Assembly (NCBI GenBank): GCA_900767715.1
Contig: CAAGAD010000005.1
Location: 19,697 to 83,696 of the forward strand
Origin: Clostridia bacterium
GTDB lineage: Bacteria > Bacillota > Clostridia > Christensenellales > UBA1242
Reading direction: 5' to 3'
Length of the DNA stretch: 64,000 nucleotides
Under the pieces are notes generated by a model. That model was not told the DNA's origin. It saw only the letters and a program-made list of their open reading frames with translations, and made no database searches. The position numbers and the translations under genes were made by a program. Numbering within the stretch: position 1 is the first letter of the stretch; each line of letters starts with the position of its first letter. Of the stretch, positions 52,501 to 60,612 are shown piece after piece.

Positions 52501-53023
52501 AATGATTGTCCTTATAGGCTTTCATTGCTTTTTTGATTGCCTTTTTTGCATAACTTGCGGAGTAGAATTTAGTGATTTCGGTGTGCTTGTTTTCTAGTTG
52601 TTTATATACGGTCAAGAAGTGCATAAGTTCTTCCACAATGTGTGGTGGCATATCTTTGACGTCCTTGTAGCCTGAGTAGGTTGGGTCACCGACTGGTACG
52701 CTAATAATCTTGGTGTCAATTTGGTTTTGGTCAACCATATCTATCGCGCCGATAGGCACAACGTCCACAAGGCTCATTGGCAAAATTTGCTCACTGCAAT
52801 ACACGAACACGTCGAGCGGGTCGCCGTCTTCACTCAATGTGAGTGGCACAAAGCCGTAGTTGGCTGGGTAGTGGGTGCTGGTGTAGAGAACGCGGTCGAG
52901 ACGTAGCATTCCCGTTTCCTTGTCTAGTTCGTATTTGTTTTTGCTGTTTTTGCTGATTTCAATCACTGCGACAAACTTGTCCGGAGTGATTCTCTCAGGT
53001 GAAATATCGTGTAAAATATTCAT
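52499..53023 (-). CDS. ppa: Inorganic pyrophosphatase (family I)
   Basis: 174 aa. KYELDKETGMLRLDRVLYTS, YPANYGFVPLTLSEDGDPLDV and DTKIISVP are family I PPase blocks. Confidence 0.9.
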   Translation of the reverse strand: MNILHDISPERITPDKFVAVIEISKNSKNKYELDKETGMLRLDRVLYTSTHYPANYGFVPLTLSEDGDPLDVFVYCSEQILPMSLVDVVPIGAIDMVDQNQIDTKIISVPVGDPTYSGYKDVKDMPPHIVEELMHFLTVYKQLENKHTEITKFYSASYAKKAIKKAMKAYKDNH

Positions 53024-53148
53024 ATTTTTTCCTTTTATGTTTCAATTGTTGTCTGTTTGTAGTTAAAGTATAACACACAAAATTTGGCACTAGCAAACAT
53101 TTTGCGTCCATTTTTCTAAAAATTGCACACTAATTTTGGCAATAATGG

Positions 53149-53177
53149 TTGACAATTACCGTCTGGTTTGGTAATAT
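53149..53177 (+). promoter_or_regulatory. Sigma-A type promoter of the tRNA-Ser leader, with an inverted repeat in the spacer
   Basis: TTGACA (53149-53154), 17 nt, TAATAT (53172-53177). The spacer has ATTACC (53155-60) and GGTAAT (53170-75). Confidence 0.6.
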
Positions 53178-53252
53178 GAAATAGTCAGCACAAGAAAGGC
53201 GAGTGGTGACAGCGCGTGGTTTTGGCTAATTGCATATTCGTGTGTTCAAAAT

Positions 53253-53294
53253 TGTCGCCAACTAAATACGGAGAAGTACTCAAGAGGTCGAAGA
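53253..53294 (+). repeat. 42-nt direct repeat (41/42 identical to 53401-53442) = leader plus first 25 nt of tRNA-Ser
   Basis: TGTCGCCAACTAAATA(C/T)GGAGAAGTACTCAAGAGGTCGAAGA occurs twice, 148 nt apart. After the repeat the first copy diverges completely from the tRNA. Confidence 0.85.
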
Positions 53295-53417
53295 CGATTC
53301 CGGACTGCGAGTACAACTCTTGTCGAATTGTGCTATTAGATTGCCACCGGCAACCTAACTTAACGCCAATTCCCCCTGCTTCGGGAGACTCCCTTAGCAG
53401 TGTCGCCAACTAAATAT

Positions 53418-53508
53418 GGAGAAGTACTCAAGAGGTCGAAGAGGCTCCCCTGCTAAGGGAGTAGGCTTGTAACAGGGCGCGAGGGTCCGAATCCCTCCTT
53501 CTCCGCCA
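53418..53508 (+). tRNA. tRNA-Ser (anticodon GCT), long variable arm
   Basis: GGAGAAGTACTCAAGAGGTCGAAGAGGCTCCCCTGCTAAGGGAGTAGGCTTGTAACAGGGCGCGAGGGTCCGAATCCCTCCTTCTCCGCCA. Confidence 0.9.
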
Positions 53509-53513
53509 AAATT

Positions 53514-53540
53514 TGCATTCATATTTTGAATGCATTTTTT
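53514..53540 (+). terminator. Rho-independent terminator after tRNA-Ser
   Basis: TGCATTCA-TATTT-TGAATGCA followed by TTTTTT. Confidence 0.8.
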
Positions 53541-53599
53541 ATTTTTGATTGATTTTATTTCGGGCATTGACTATAATAACATTGAATCAAGGAGAATTT

Positions 53600-54163
53600 A
53601 TGAAGAGTTTAACTAGGGTACAGAAAGTTGCCAGGGTCTTGTACATCTTGTCGCGCATTGCTTTCTGGTTCTGCATTGTGGGTTGCGCAATGTGTGTTTG
53701 CGGGGCGATTTGCGTAGGTGTTTTGGGTGATGACCCGGAAATCATTCGACTATTTGCCGAAGAAGGCGTTGTCTATAACGCGAAAGAAGCGTTATGCTTG
53801 TGCATTATTGCCAGTGTTGAGTGCGCGGTGGGCATCGCGATGTTTGTGTTTGTGAATAAGTTTTACAAGAAAGAACTCGAAATCGGCACACCATTCAACA
53901 AAGACGTTTCCAAGGAAGCAAAGCGCGTTGGGCTGATTCGATTGTTCTTGCCTTTGGGCGCGATTATTGTGAATGCAATCATTGCGGAATGTTTTCACCT
54001 TGAAATTGACGTGTCAAATTTCGTGGACATTACGCTCGGCATTGTATATTTGATTATGGCGTGCGTGTTTGACTATGGCGCGGACGTCATCAACGTGAAG
54101 GTGGCGCAGTCGAAAGCCAATTTGCAGAGTGAAGCCGTGGTCGATGTGGAAAGCGACAAATAG
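53600..54163 (+). CDS. Hypothetical multi-pass membrane protein (DUF2975-like)
   Basis: 187 aa from the ATG at 53600 (SD AAGGAG). There are 4 TM helices. The loop motif ELEIGTPFNKDVSKEAKRVG resembles the DUF2975 PF(T/N)..N signature. Confidence 0.45.
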   Translation: MKSLTRVQKVARVLYILSRIAFWFCIVGCAMCVCGAICVGVLGDDPEIIRLFAEEGVVYNAKEALCLCIIASVECAVGIAMFVFVNKFYKKELEIGTPFNKDVSKEAKRVGLIRLFLPLGAIIVNAIIAECFHLEIDVSNFVDITLGIVYLIMACVFDYGADVINVKVAQSKANLQSEAVVDVESDK

Positions 54164-54170
54164 GTGAATT

Positions 54171-54575
54171 ATGAGAATTTCATCAAAAGGGCGCTATGCC
54201 GTAAGGCTTATGGCACAACTCGCGCGACGAGAGGGCGAGAACGTGTCGGTGGCGGACATTGCCGATGCGCAAGATATTAGTGCAAAATATTTGGAAAAAA
54301 TTATTTCAATCCTATCTAAAAACCGCCTAATCGAAGGCAGTCGCGGAGTGAAGGGCGGGTACAAACTCACCAAGCCGGCAGACAAGTATTCTGTCGCGGA
54401 AATTTTGCGCGTAACGGGTGACTTGCCAGAACTTGCACCTTGCTTGCGTGACGGTTATGAATGCGCGCGTGCAGACAAATGCGACAGCGTTGGCTGTTGG
54501 GAAAGGTTGGACGCTCTTATCAACAACTATCTTTCCAAAGTGAGTTTAAAAGATGTTTTAGATAAGAAATATTAA
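54171..54575 (+). CDS. Rrf2 family transcriptional regulator (IscR/CymR-like, three-Cys cluster ligands)
   Basis: MRISSKGRYAVRLMAQLAR..VSVADIADAQDISAKYLEKIISILSKNRLIEGSRGVKGGYKL, plus the C-terminal CLRDGYECARADKCDSVGC. Confidence 0.88.
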   Translation: MRISSKGRYAVRLMAQLARREGENVSVADIADAQDISAKYLEKIISILSKNRLIEGSRGVKGGYKLTKPADKYSVAEILRVTGDLPELAPCLRDGYECARADKCDSVGCWERLDALINNYLSKVSLKDVLDKKY

Positions 54576-54644
54576 TTGAGTGATACAAAGTTTAAAGCGA
54601 GTTAAATTTCCAAATTAAACATTCAAAAAAATAATAAAAGGTGG

Positions 54645-54695
54645 TTGACAAACTCACCTTTTATTTATATAATAAAATCATACCAAAATGGTATG
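54645..54695 (+). promoter_or_regulatory. nifS-nifU promoter with a 7-3-7 perfect inverted repeat at the transcription start (candidate Rrf2 operator)
   Basis: TTGACA (54645-50), 17 nt, TATAAT (54668-73). CATACCA-AAA-TGGTATG lies at 54679-54695. The -35 sits in the loop of hairpin AAAGGTG/CACCTTT. Confidence 0.55.
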
Positions 54696-54728
54696 AATTA
54701 ATGCATAAACTCAAATGAGGAGAATATT

Positions 54729-55913
54729 TTGATATATTTAGATAATGCGGGCACGACCAAAGTGCGTGCCGAAGTGAAGCAAGCAATGTTGCCATTTATG
54801 GACGAGATATATGGCAATGCCAGCAGTTTGCACATTATGGGGCAGATAGCGAAAGAGTTCCTAGAAAACGCGCGTCAAACTGTGGCGACATGTTTGAATG
54901 CCGACGCGCAAGAGATTTATTTCACGTCTGGCGGTAGTGAGAGTGACAACTGGGCGATTGACGCCGTTTGCCGTTATGCCAAGTTGAAGGGCAAGACTCA
55001 CATCATCACCACCGCGTTTGAACACCACGCCATTTTACACACCTTGCAAGAGAAGAAAAACCAAGGTTTCGAGATTACCTATCTGCCAGTATACGACAAT
55101 GGCATAATCCACATCGATGACCTAAAAAATGCAATCACGGACAACACTTGCCTTGTGACGATTATGTTTGCCAACAACGAAATCGGCACTATTCAACCTA
55201 TTGCCGAAATTGGTAAAATCTGCCGTGAAAAAGGAATTGTATTCCACACTGATGCCGTGCAAGCGGTGGGGCATTTGCCTATCGATGTAAAAGAAATGAA
55301 TATTGATATGTTGAGTATGTCGGGGCACAAATTCCACGGGCCAAAGGGCGTGGGCGCGCTCTATTGCAGGAAGGGTATTCCGCTATTTAGTTTTATCAAT
55401 GGCGGAGCGCAAGAACGAAACAAGCGTGCCGGTACGGAAAATGTGGCTGGCATTGTGGGAATGAGCAAGGCACTCGAACTTGCGACGGCTGAAATGACTG
55501 ACGTGGCAAAGCACGAAAGCGAATTGCGTGACAGACTTTTTAAAGAACTAACAAAAATTCCGCATTCAAAAATAAACGGCGATACAACACACCGTTTACC
55601 AAACAATTTCAATATGTCGTTCGAGGGAATAGAGGGCGAGAGCCTGTTGCTACTTTTGAGTGACAAAGGTATTTGTGCGTCGAGCGGTTCGGCTTGCACG
55701 AGCGGTTCGCTTGACCCTAGCCACGTTTTGCTCGCCATTGGGTTGAAGCACGAGATTGCGCACGGCAGTTTGCGCTTGACGCTCAGCAGATACACGACCG
55801 AAAAAGATATTGACGAAACGATAACAGCCGTCAAGGATGTTGTCGATGTTTTGAGAAAGATGAGTCCGGTTTGGGACAAATTGCAAAAAGGAGAAATTGA
55901 ATATGCTATATAG
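54729..55913 (+). CDS. nifS: Cysteine desulfurase NifS (TTG start)
   Basis: IYLDNAGTT, PLP-lysine motif SGHKFHGPKG, active-site loop SSGSACTSG. Confidence 0.92.
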   Translation: MIYLDNAGTTKVRAEVKQAMLPFMDEIYGNASSLHIMGQIAKEFLENARQTVATCLNADAQEIYFTSGGSESDNWAIDAVCRYAKLKGKTHIITTAFEHHAILHTLQEKKNQGFEITYLPVYDNGIIHIDDLKNAITDNTCLVTIMFANNEIGTIQPIAEIGKICREKGIVFHTDAVQAVGHLPIDVKEMNIDMLSMSGHKFHGPKGVGALYCRKGIPLFSFINGGAQERNKRAGTENVAGIVGMSKALELATAEMTDVAKHESELRDRLFKELTKIPHSKINGDTTHRLPNNFNMSFEGIEGESLLLLLSDKGICASSGSACTSGSLDPSHVLLAIGLKHEIAHGSLRLTLSRYTTEKDIDETITAVKDVVDVLRKMSPVWDKLQKGEIEYAI

Positions 55914-56277
55914 TGAAAAGGTGATGGACCATTTTAGGAATCCGCGCAACGTGGGCGAAATGCCTGATGCGGACGGCATTGGCGAAGTGGGCAACGCAAA
56001 GTGCGGTGACATTATGCGTATGTACATCAAGGTTAGGAACAATATCATCACGGACGTCAAATTTATGACCTTTGGTTGTGGTAGTGCCATTGCCACCAGT
56101 TCAATGGCGACCGAACTTATCAAGGGTCAGCCTATCGATAAGGCGCTCGAACTCACTAACAAGGCGGTTGTAGAAGCGTTGGACGGTTTACCAGCCCACA
56201 AACTGCACTGCTCTGTGCTCGCCGAAGAAGCAGTGAAGTCGGCAATCGAAGATTATTACGACAAAAAGCAAAAATAA
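55903..56277 (+). CDS. nifU: Fe-S cluster assembly scaffold NifU/IscU
   Basis: YSEKVMDHFRNPRNVG, NAKCGD, FGCGSAIA and HCSVLAEEA give the three conserved Cys. It overlaps the nifS end by 11 nt. Confidence 0.92.
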   Translation: MLYSEKVMDHFRNPRNVGEMPDADGIGEVGNAKCGDIMRMYIKVRNNIITDVKFMTFGCGSAIATSSMATELIKGQPIDKALELTNKAVVEALDGLPAHKLHCSVLAEEAVKSAIEDYYDKKQK

Positions 56278-56350
56278 ATATATAAATTTGGTAAAATTTG
56301 CATTGTTTTATTGCCTAGTTGTGATATAATATACCAGTTAGGAAAATATT

Positions 56351-57370
56351 ATGTCTTTTTGGGAAATGCTTTTAGACGCGTTCATAGATAGTGCAAAAAT
56401 ATTGCCAGTTTTGTTGGCAGTGTATTTTTTGATTGAGTTTTTGGAGTATCGCAACGCATTCAGTTTCACTCAATCCAAATTTTTGAAAGGCAAATATAGT
56501 CCAATCTTTGGATCGTTGTTTGGCTGTGTGCCACAGTGCGGTTTCAGTGTCATTTCTAGCGACCTTTATACCAAAGGCAAAATGTCAATCGGCGCACTGT
56601 TGGCAGTGTTCATTGCCACGAGCGACGAAGCAATTCCAATTATGCTGTCTAGCAAAAACGGAATCGAGCCATTGCTACTTATCATTGCTATTAAGTTGGT
56701 GTACGCCATTGCAATCGGCTATCTGTCCTTTGCCTTGTATCGAATGATATTCAAGAAGTCTGCCATTCACGACAGCGAGAATAGTGACAAACTATCTGCT
56801 GACGATTCGCAACCAAATGAACAACAGACAACGAACAGCGTGACAGACGCGAATGCAAAGCAGACTGTGACAGAAACAACAACCCAAGAAAACGTAACCA
56901 ACGAGCATTACGACCACGGCGACCACGAAAAAATGACAGAACTAGACGGCTGTTGTAAACATCATATAGAATCAAAACATTTTAATGTCGTGCACCCACT
57001 CGTGCATAGTTTAAAAATATTCGCATTCATCTTGCTTGCCAATGTAGTAATCGGCGCAATCACTCTGTGGGTGGGCGAAGACAAACTCACAAGCGCATTG
57101 TCTTCCACGTACGCGCTTCAACCAGTCGTCGCTGTGTTGATAGGTCTTATTCCAAATTGTGTGTCAAGCGTAGTACTTACCAAACTATTTTTGGCGGGCG
57201 GAATGAGTTTCGGTTCAGTGGTAGCAGGTCTTTGTGTCAATGCGGGTCTAGGACTTTTGGTGCTATTCAAGCAAAATAAAAATTGGAAAGAAAACTTGTT
57301 TATCACTCTCACACTTTTGCTCTCAGGTTTGGCAATGGGTTACGCACTGCATTTCATTCCATTATTTTAA
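56351..57370 (+). CDS. Putative 10-TM permease (ArsP_2 / putative heavy-metal exporter-like) with a His/Cys-rich central loop
   Basis: FGCVPQCGFSVISSDLYTKGKMSIGALLAVFIATSDEAIPIML resembles the ArsP_2 signature. The loop is NEHYDHGDHEKMTELDGCCKHHIESKH. Confidence 0.5.
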   Translation: MSFWEMLLDAFIDSAKILPVLLAVYFLIEFLEYRNAFSFTQSKFLKGKYSPIFGSLFGCVPQCGFSVISSDLYTKGKMSIGALLAVFIATSDEAIPIMLSSKNGIEPLLLIIAIKLVYAIAIGYLSFALYRMIFKKSAIHDSENSDKLSADDSQPNEQQTTNSVTDANAKQTVTETTTQENVTNEHYDHGDHEKMTELDGCCKHHIESKHFNVVHPLVHSLKIFAFILLANVVIGAITLWVGEDKLTSALSSTYALQPVVAVLIGLIPNCVSSVVLTKLFLAGGMSFGSVVAGLCVNAGLGLLVLFKQNKNWKENLFITLTLLLSGLAMGYALHFIPLF

Positions 57371-57414
57371 AAAAGAAGCGGAAACTTCTTTTTTTTGTTG
57401 CTGTATAAAAATTT

Positions 57415-57921
57415 TTACATAATTTTACAAAGCCAGCAAGACATCACACAAGCGATTATGCTACATAATAGGGCGATTGGAATGGCGAGCAGAGTTTTCT
57501 TCACGTTTGTGCCACTGAAATATATGCTCACCACATAAAACACTGTATCGCTTCCGCCCATAATTACGCACGCGCAACGGCTGATGTAACTATCCACACC
57601 GTATTGTGCGAAGATGTTTTTGAGCATAACGATTGAAGCATTGCCACTGAATGGACGAATGAGTATAAATTCGCTGAGTTCGATTGGAATGCCCAAAAGG
57701 TTGAATACTGGCGCAAGGAATTTGCCGACCAAATTTGCTAGTCCGCTCAAACGGAAAAGTTCAATGGCGACAAACATTGCAACGAGATAAGGAAAAATTG
57801 ACAATATGAGTGGTGCACTTGCTTTTGCGCCATGCACGAACGACTGATAGGGGTCAACACGTCTAGTTTTTGCGTAGACGATAAGCCCGACAATCAAGAT
57901 TGGAATGAGAAGGTTAACCAT
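57415..57921 (-). CDS. spmB: Spore maturation protein B-like nucleoside-recognition-domain membrane protein
   Basis: 168 aa from the ATG at 57921, which overlaps the spmA stop by 8 nt. MVNLLIPILIVGLIVYA...VHGAKAS is a typical SpmB N-terminus. Confidence 0.75.
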   Translation of the reverse strand: MVNLLIPILIVGLIVYAKTRRVDPYQSFVHGAKASAPLILSIFPYLVAMFVAIELFRLSGLANLVGKFLAPVFNLLGIPIELSEFILIRPFSGNASIVMLKNIFAQYGVDSYISRCACVIMGGSDTVFYVVSIYFSGTNVKKTLLAIPIALLCSIIACVMSCWLCKIM

Positions 57922-58486
57922 TGCGCACCTTCTTTTTTCTAATGTAGATTGCGCGTACCAAAAGTACACCGATGATTGTTGGAATGACAGTCACGATAAT
58001 GCTCGGCAAAACAATGTTTGATGGCGCAACACTGCCCGCCATTGCACGCAGTCCAATCACTGTTGTTGGCAAAAGTTGTAAGCCGGTCGAATTGATGACT
58101 ACCAGCATTATCATTGCACCGTTTGCCTTGATTGCACCAGTGTCCAAACTTTTCATTGCCTTGATACCATAAGGTGTGGCAGCCCCGCCAAGCCCGAGCA
58201 AGTTGCTGGCAATGTTTAGGCTGATATTCTGTTTCGCCTCCATATTGATTGCGCCGAAACAAAAGTCGATAGGCTTGCTCAAACCTTTTGAAAGTAGGCG
58301 AGTGAGTTGGGTCTGTTCCATAATTTGCATAACGCCAAGCCAAACGGCGTAGATTGCCATAAGTTCTAGGCAGAGAGAAATAGCGTTTTGGCTGGCAGAC
58401 ATCATCACGCTCACAATCTTGTCGGGCGCGCTGAAACAGAGCATAATAATGCTCGCAACTACCATAAGACACCACACAATACTCAT
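57914..58486 (-). CDS. spmA: Spore maturation protein A-like nucleoside-recognition-domain membrane protein
   Basis: 190 aa. MSIVWCLMVVASIIML...AISLCLELMAIYAVWLGVMQIME is typical SpmA. It is paired with spmB. Confidence 0.75.
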   Translation of the reverse strand: MSIVWCLMVVASIIMLCFSAPDKIVSVMMSASQNAISLCLELMAIYAVWLGVMQIMEQTQLTRLLSKGLSKPIDFCFGAINMEAKQNISLNIASNLLGLGGAATPYGIKAMKSLDTGAIKANGAMIMLVVINSTGLQLLPTTVIGLRAMAGSVAPSNIVLPSIIVTVIPTIIGVLLVRAIYIRKKKVRNG

Positions 58487-58561
58487 ACTAAAATATATGG
58501 ACGAGCCAAGTTAATTATGTCTATGATTGACTTATCTGTTTTTAGGGTGTATTATGAAGAT

Positions 58562-59323
58562 ATGTTTGATACACACGCACATTTTACTGATGAAAAATAC
58601 GACGCCGACCGTGATGAAATGTACTCGCGTTTTTTGGTTTGCCCAAACCCTATGGCTGTGGTGATTGGCTGTGATATGGACGAAATTGACGGCGCGATAG
58701 CGTTTGCTAGGAGCCACGACGAACTGCATTATGCAATCGGCATTCACCCAGCGTATGTAGATAAGTTTGATGAGAAAGAATTTTTGAAGAAAGTCGATAT
58801 TCACGACCCAAAACTTGTTGCCATTGGCGAAATCGGGCTCGACTATTATGAAGGCAACCCGGACAGAGAATTGCAGATAAAAGCATTCGACACACAGATA
58901 AAAATCGCCAAAAGATTGGGACTTCCTTTTTGCGTGCATTGTCGCGACGCATACGGAGATTGTTTGCAAGTGTTGAAGGCAAACGCGCCTTATGCCCACG
59001 GTGGCATTATGCACTGTTATAGCGGAAGTGCAGAGTGGGCGAGTGAAGTGATGAAAATGGGCTTCTACATTTCGTTTAGTGGCAATGTAACATTCAAGAA
59101 TGCCAGCCGACTTCGTGAAGTTGCAAAGACCATTCCGCTCGACCGAATACTTGCCGAAACTGACAGTCCGTATCTAGCACCCGAAGGCAAGCGTGGCAGT
59201 CGCAATGAACCCGCGAATGTGCAGTTCGTGATTGACTGTTTGGCGAAGTTGCACAATGTGAGTTATGAAGAGATGGTGCGCATAACCGATGAGAACGGAA
59301 AACGTGCATACAACATTCATTAA
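58562..59323 (+). CDS. TatD family metal-dependent hydrolase/DNase
   Basis: MFDTHAHF, AIGEIGLDY, HCRDA, GIMHCYSG and ETDSPYLAP motifs. The track start at 58388 runs antisense through spmA and is rejected. Confidence 0.88.
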   Translation: MFDTHAHFTDEKYDADRDEMYSRFLVCPNPMAVVIGCDMDEIDGAIAFARSHDELHYAIGIHPAYVDKFDEKEFLKKVDIHDPKLVAIGEIGLDYYEGNPDRELQIKAFDTQIKIAKRLGLPFCVHCRDAYGDCLQVLKANAPYAHGGIMHCYSGSAEWASEVMKMGFYISFSGNVTFKNASRLREVAKTIPLDRILAETDSPYLAPEGKRGSRNEPANVQFVIDCLAKLHNVSYEEMVRITDENGKRAYNIH

Positions 59324-59485
59324 AAAAAATAAACGCCCATAACGAGCGTTTCATCATTAGTGTTGCTTTTGTGTTTTGAAAGGGTTTATCTTTTGTGCAC
59401 TTGCATTATATCATAATAAAAAAAATAATCAACAGTTTTTCGACAAATTTTGTTGGAAATAATTGTAAAAAAGTGAAATAAAATT

Positions 59486-60313
59486 ATGAGAGAAAAAATT
59501 AAATTAAATAACAAAGATTTTTACTTTAATAAGGGATATGGTCAAAACTTTATTTTTGACGAAAATTTGCTCAGCGAAATTGCGAACGACGCGCGCATTT
59601 CGACAGATGATGAAATTTTGGAAATCGGTGCGGGTGCGGGTAATCTTACACAAGTGCTTTGCCGTCGTTCTAAAAAAGTGGTGTCATTTGAGATAGACAA
59701 AAATCTTTTCGCACACCTAACCAAATTGCAAAACGACAATGCAAATTTGACAATGGTATTCGCCGACTTTATGTCAAAAACCAATGAAGAAATTTTTTCG
59801 CATTTCACAGGCAAAATAAAAGTCGTTGCCAACATTCCATATTACATCACCACGCCTATCATTTTTAAACTTTTGGAGAGCATTGATAGAATTGGGTCAA
59901 TTACCATTATGGTGCAAAAAGAAGTGGCTGAACGCATATCTTCCTTGCACTCGCAAGACAACTCTGTTTTGACCTACACAATCAACGCGGTTTGTGATTG
60001 CAAGATTAGTCGAGTTGTTAAACGTGAGATGTTCACTCCACCACCAAAAGTTGATAGCGCCATTTTGATACTTACGCCACACCATAACAAGTACAACATT
60101 GACGACTTTGATGCCTTTAACGAACTCGTCAAACTAGCCTTCACTTCTCGCCGAAAAACTTTATCTAATAATCTCGTTGGATTTAATGGATTAAATAAAA
60201 TAGAAATAGAAAATATTTTAACCGAATTATTTAATAATAAATTAATTCGAGCACAAGAATTAAATGTAGAAGATTATTTAAAATTATTAAAAAGATTAAA
60301 AAATAAAGCGTAA
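59486..60313 (+). CDS. rsmA: 16S rRNA (adenine1518/1519-N6)-dimethyltransferase
   Basis: GQNFIFDENLL, ILEIGAGAGNLT, NIPYYITTPI. The last ~45 codons lie in an AT-rich patch. Confidence 0.9.
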   Translation: MREKIKLNNKDFYFNKGYGQNFIFDENLLSEIANDARISTDDEILEIGAGAGNLTQVLCRRSKKVVSFEIDKNLFAHLTKLQNDNANLTMVFADFMSKTNEEIFSHFTGKIKVVANIPYYITTPIIFKLLESIDRIGSITIMVQKEVAERISSLHSQDNSVLTYTINAVCDCKISRVVKREMFTPPPKVDSAILILTPHHNKYNIDDFDAFNELVKLAFTSRRKTLSNNLVGFNGLNKIEIENILTELFNNKLIRAQELNVEDYLKLLKRLKNKA

Positions 60314-60612
60314 AAACTTTATTTTTTTATTTATTTTGCGCTAAATTATTTGATTTTTAATATTTTTACTTATTTATTGCTCAATTTAAACAAATTTAAA
60401 ATTAAATAAATAATTTATTTCATTATTTTTTTTATTTAATTATTGATGAAAAATATTTCAAAATTAATTTTAATTTGGCAAATAAATTTCACCACCAATT
60501 TGCACAAAATTAATGAAACAAATGTTTGACTTAAAAATGCCTATTATATATAATTTATTTATAATAAAACGATTGCATTTTGCAGATAATAATTTAAACG
60601 AAAGAGGTTATT

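Noticed and set aside
53185-53413. 74-aa (-) and 65-aa (+) ORFs, and the idea of a T-box riboswitch, in the tRNA-Ser leader
   Set aside because: The ORFs lack SDs and cross the 42-nt tRNA-derived repeat. No T-box consensus (AANNNGGGTGGNACCGCG) or antiterminator/terminator pair is present, and no synthetase gene follows.
55361-56123. 172-aa and 157-aa minus-strand ORFs antisense to nifS/nifU
   Set aside because: They overlap two genes with unambiguous catalytic motifs and have no independent signals.
57939-58475. 178-aa ORF in an alternative minus-strand frame over spmA
   Set aside because: It is Arg/Cys/His-rich nonsense composition. The spmA frame gives a coherent hydrophobic SpmA-like protein coupled to spmB.
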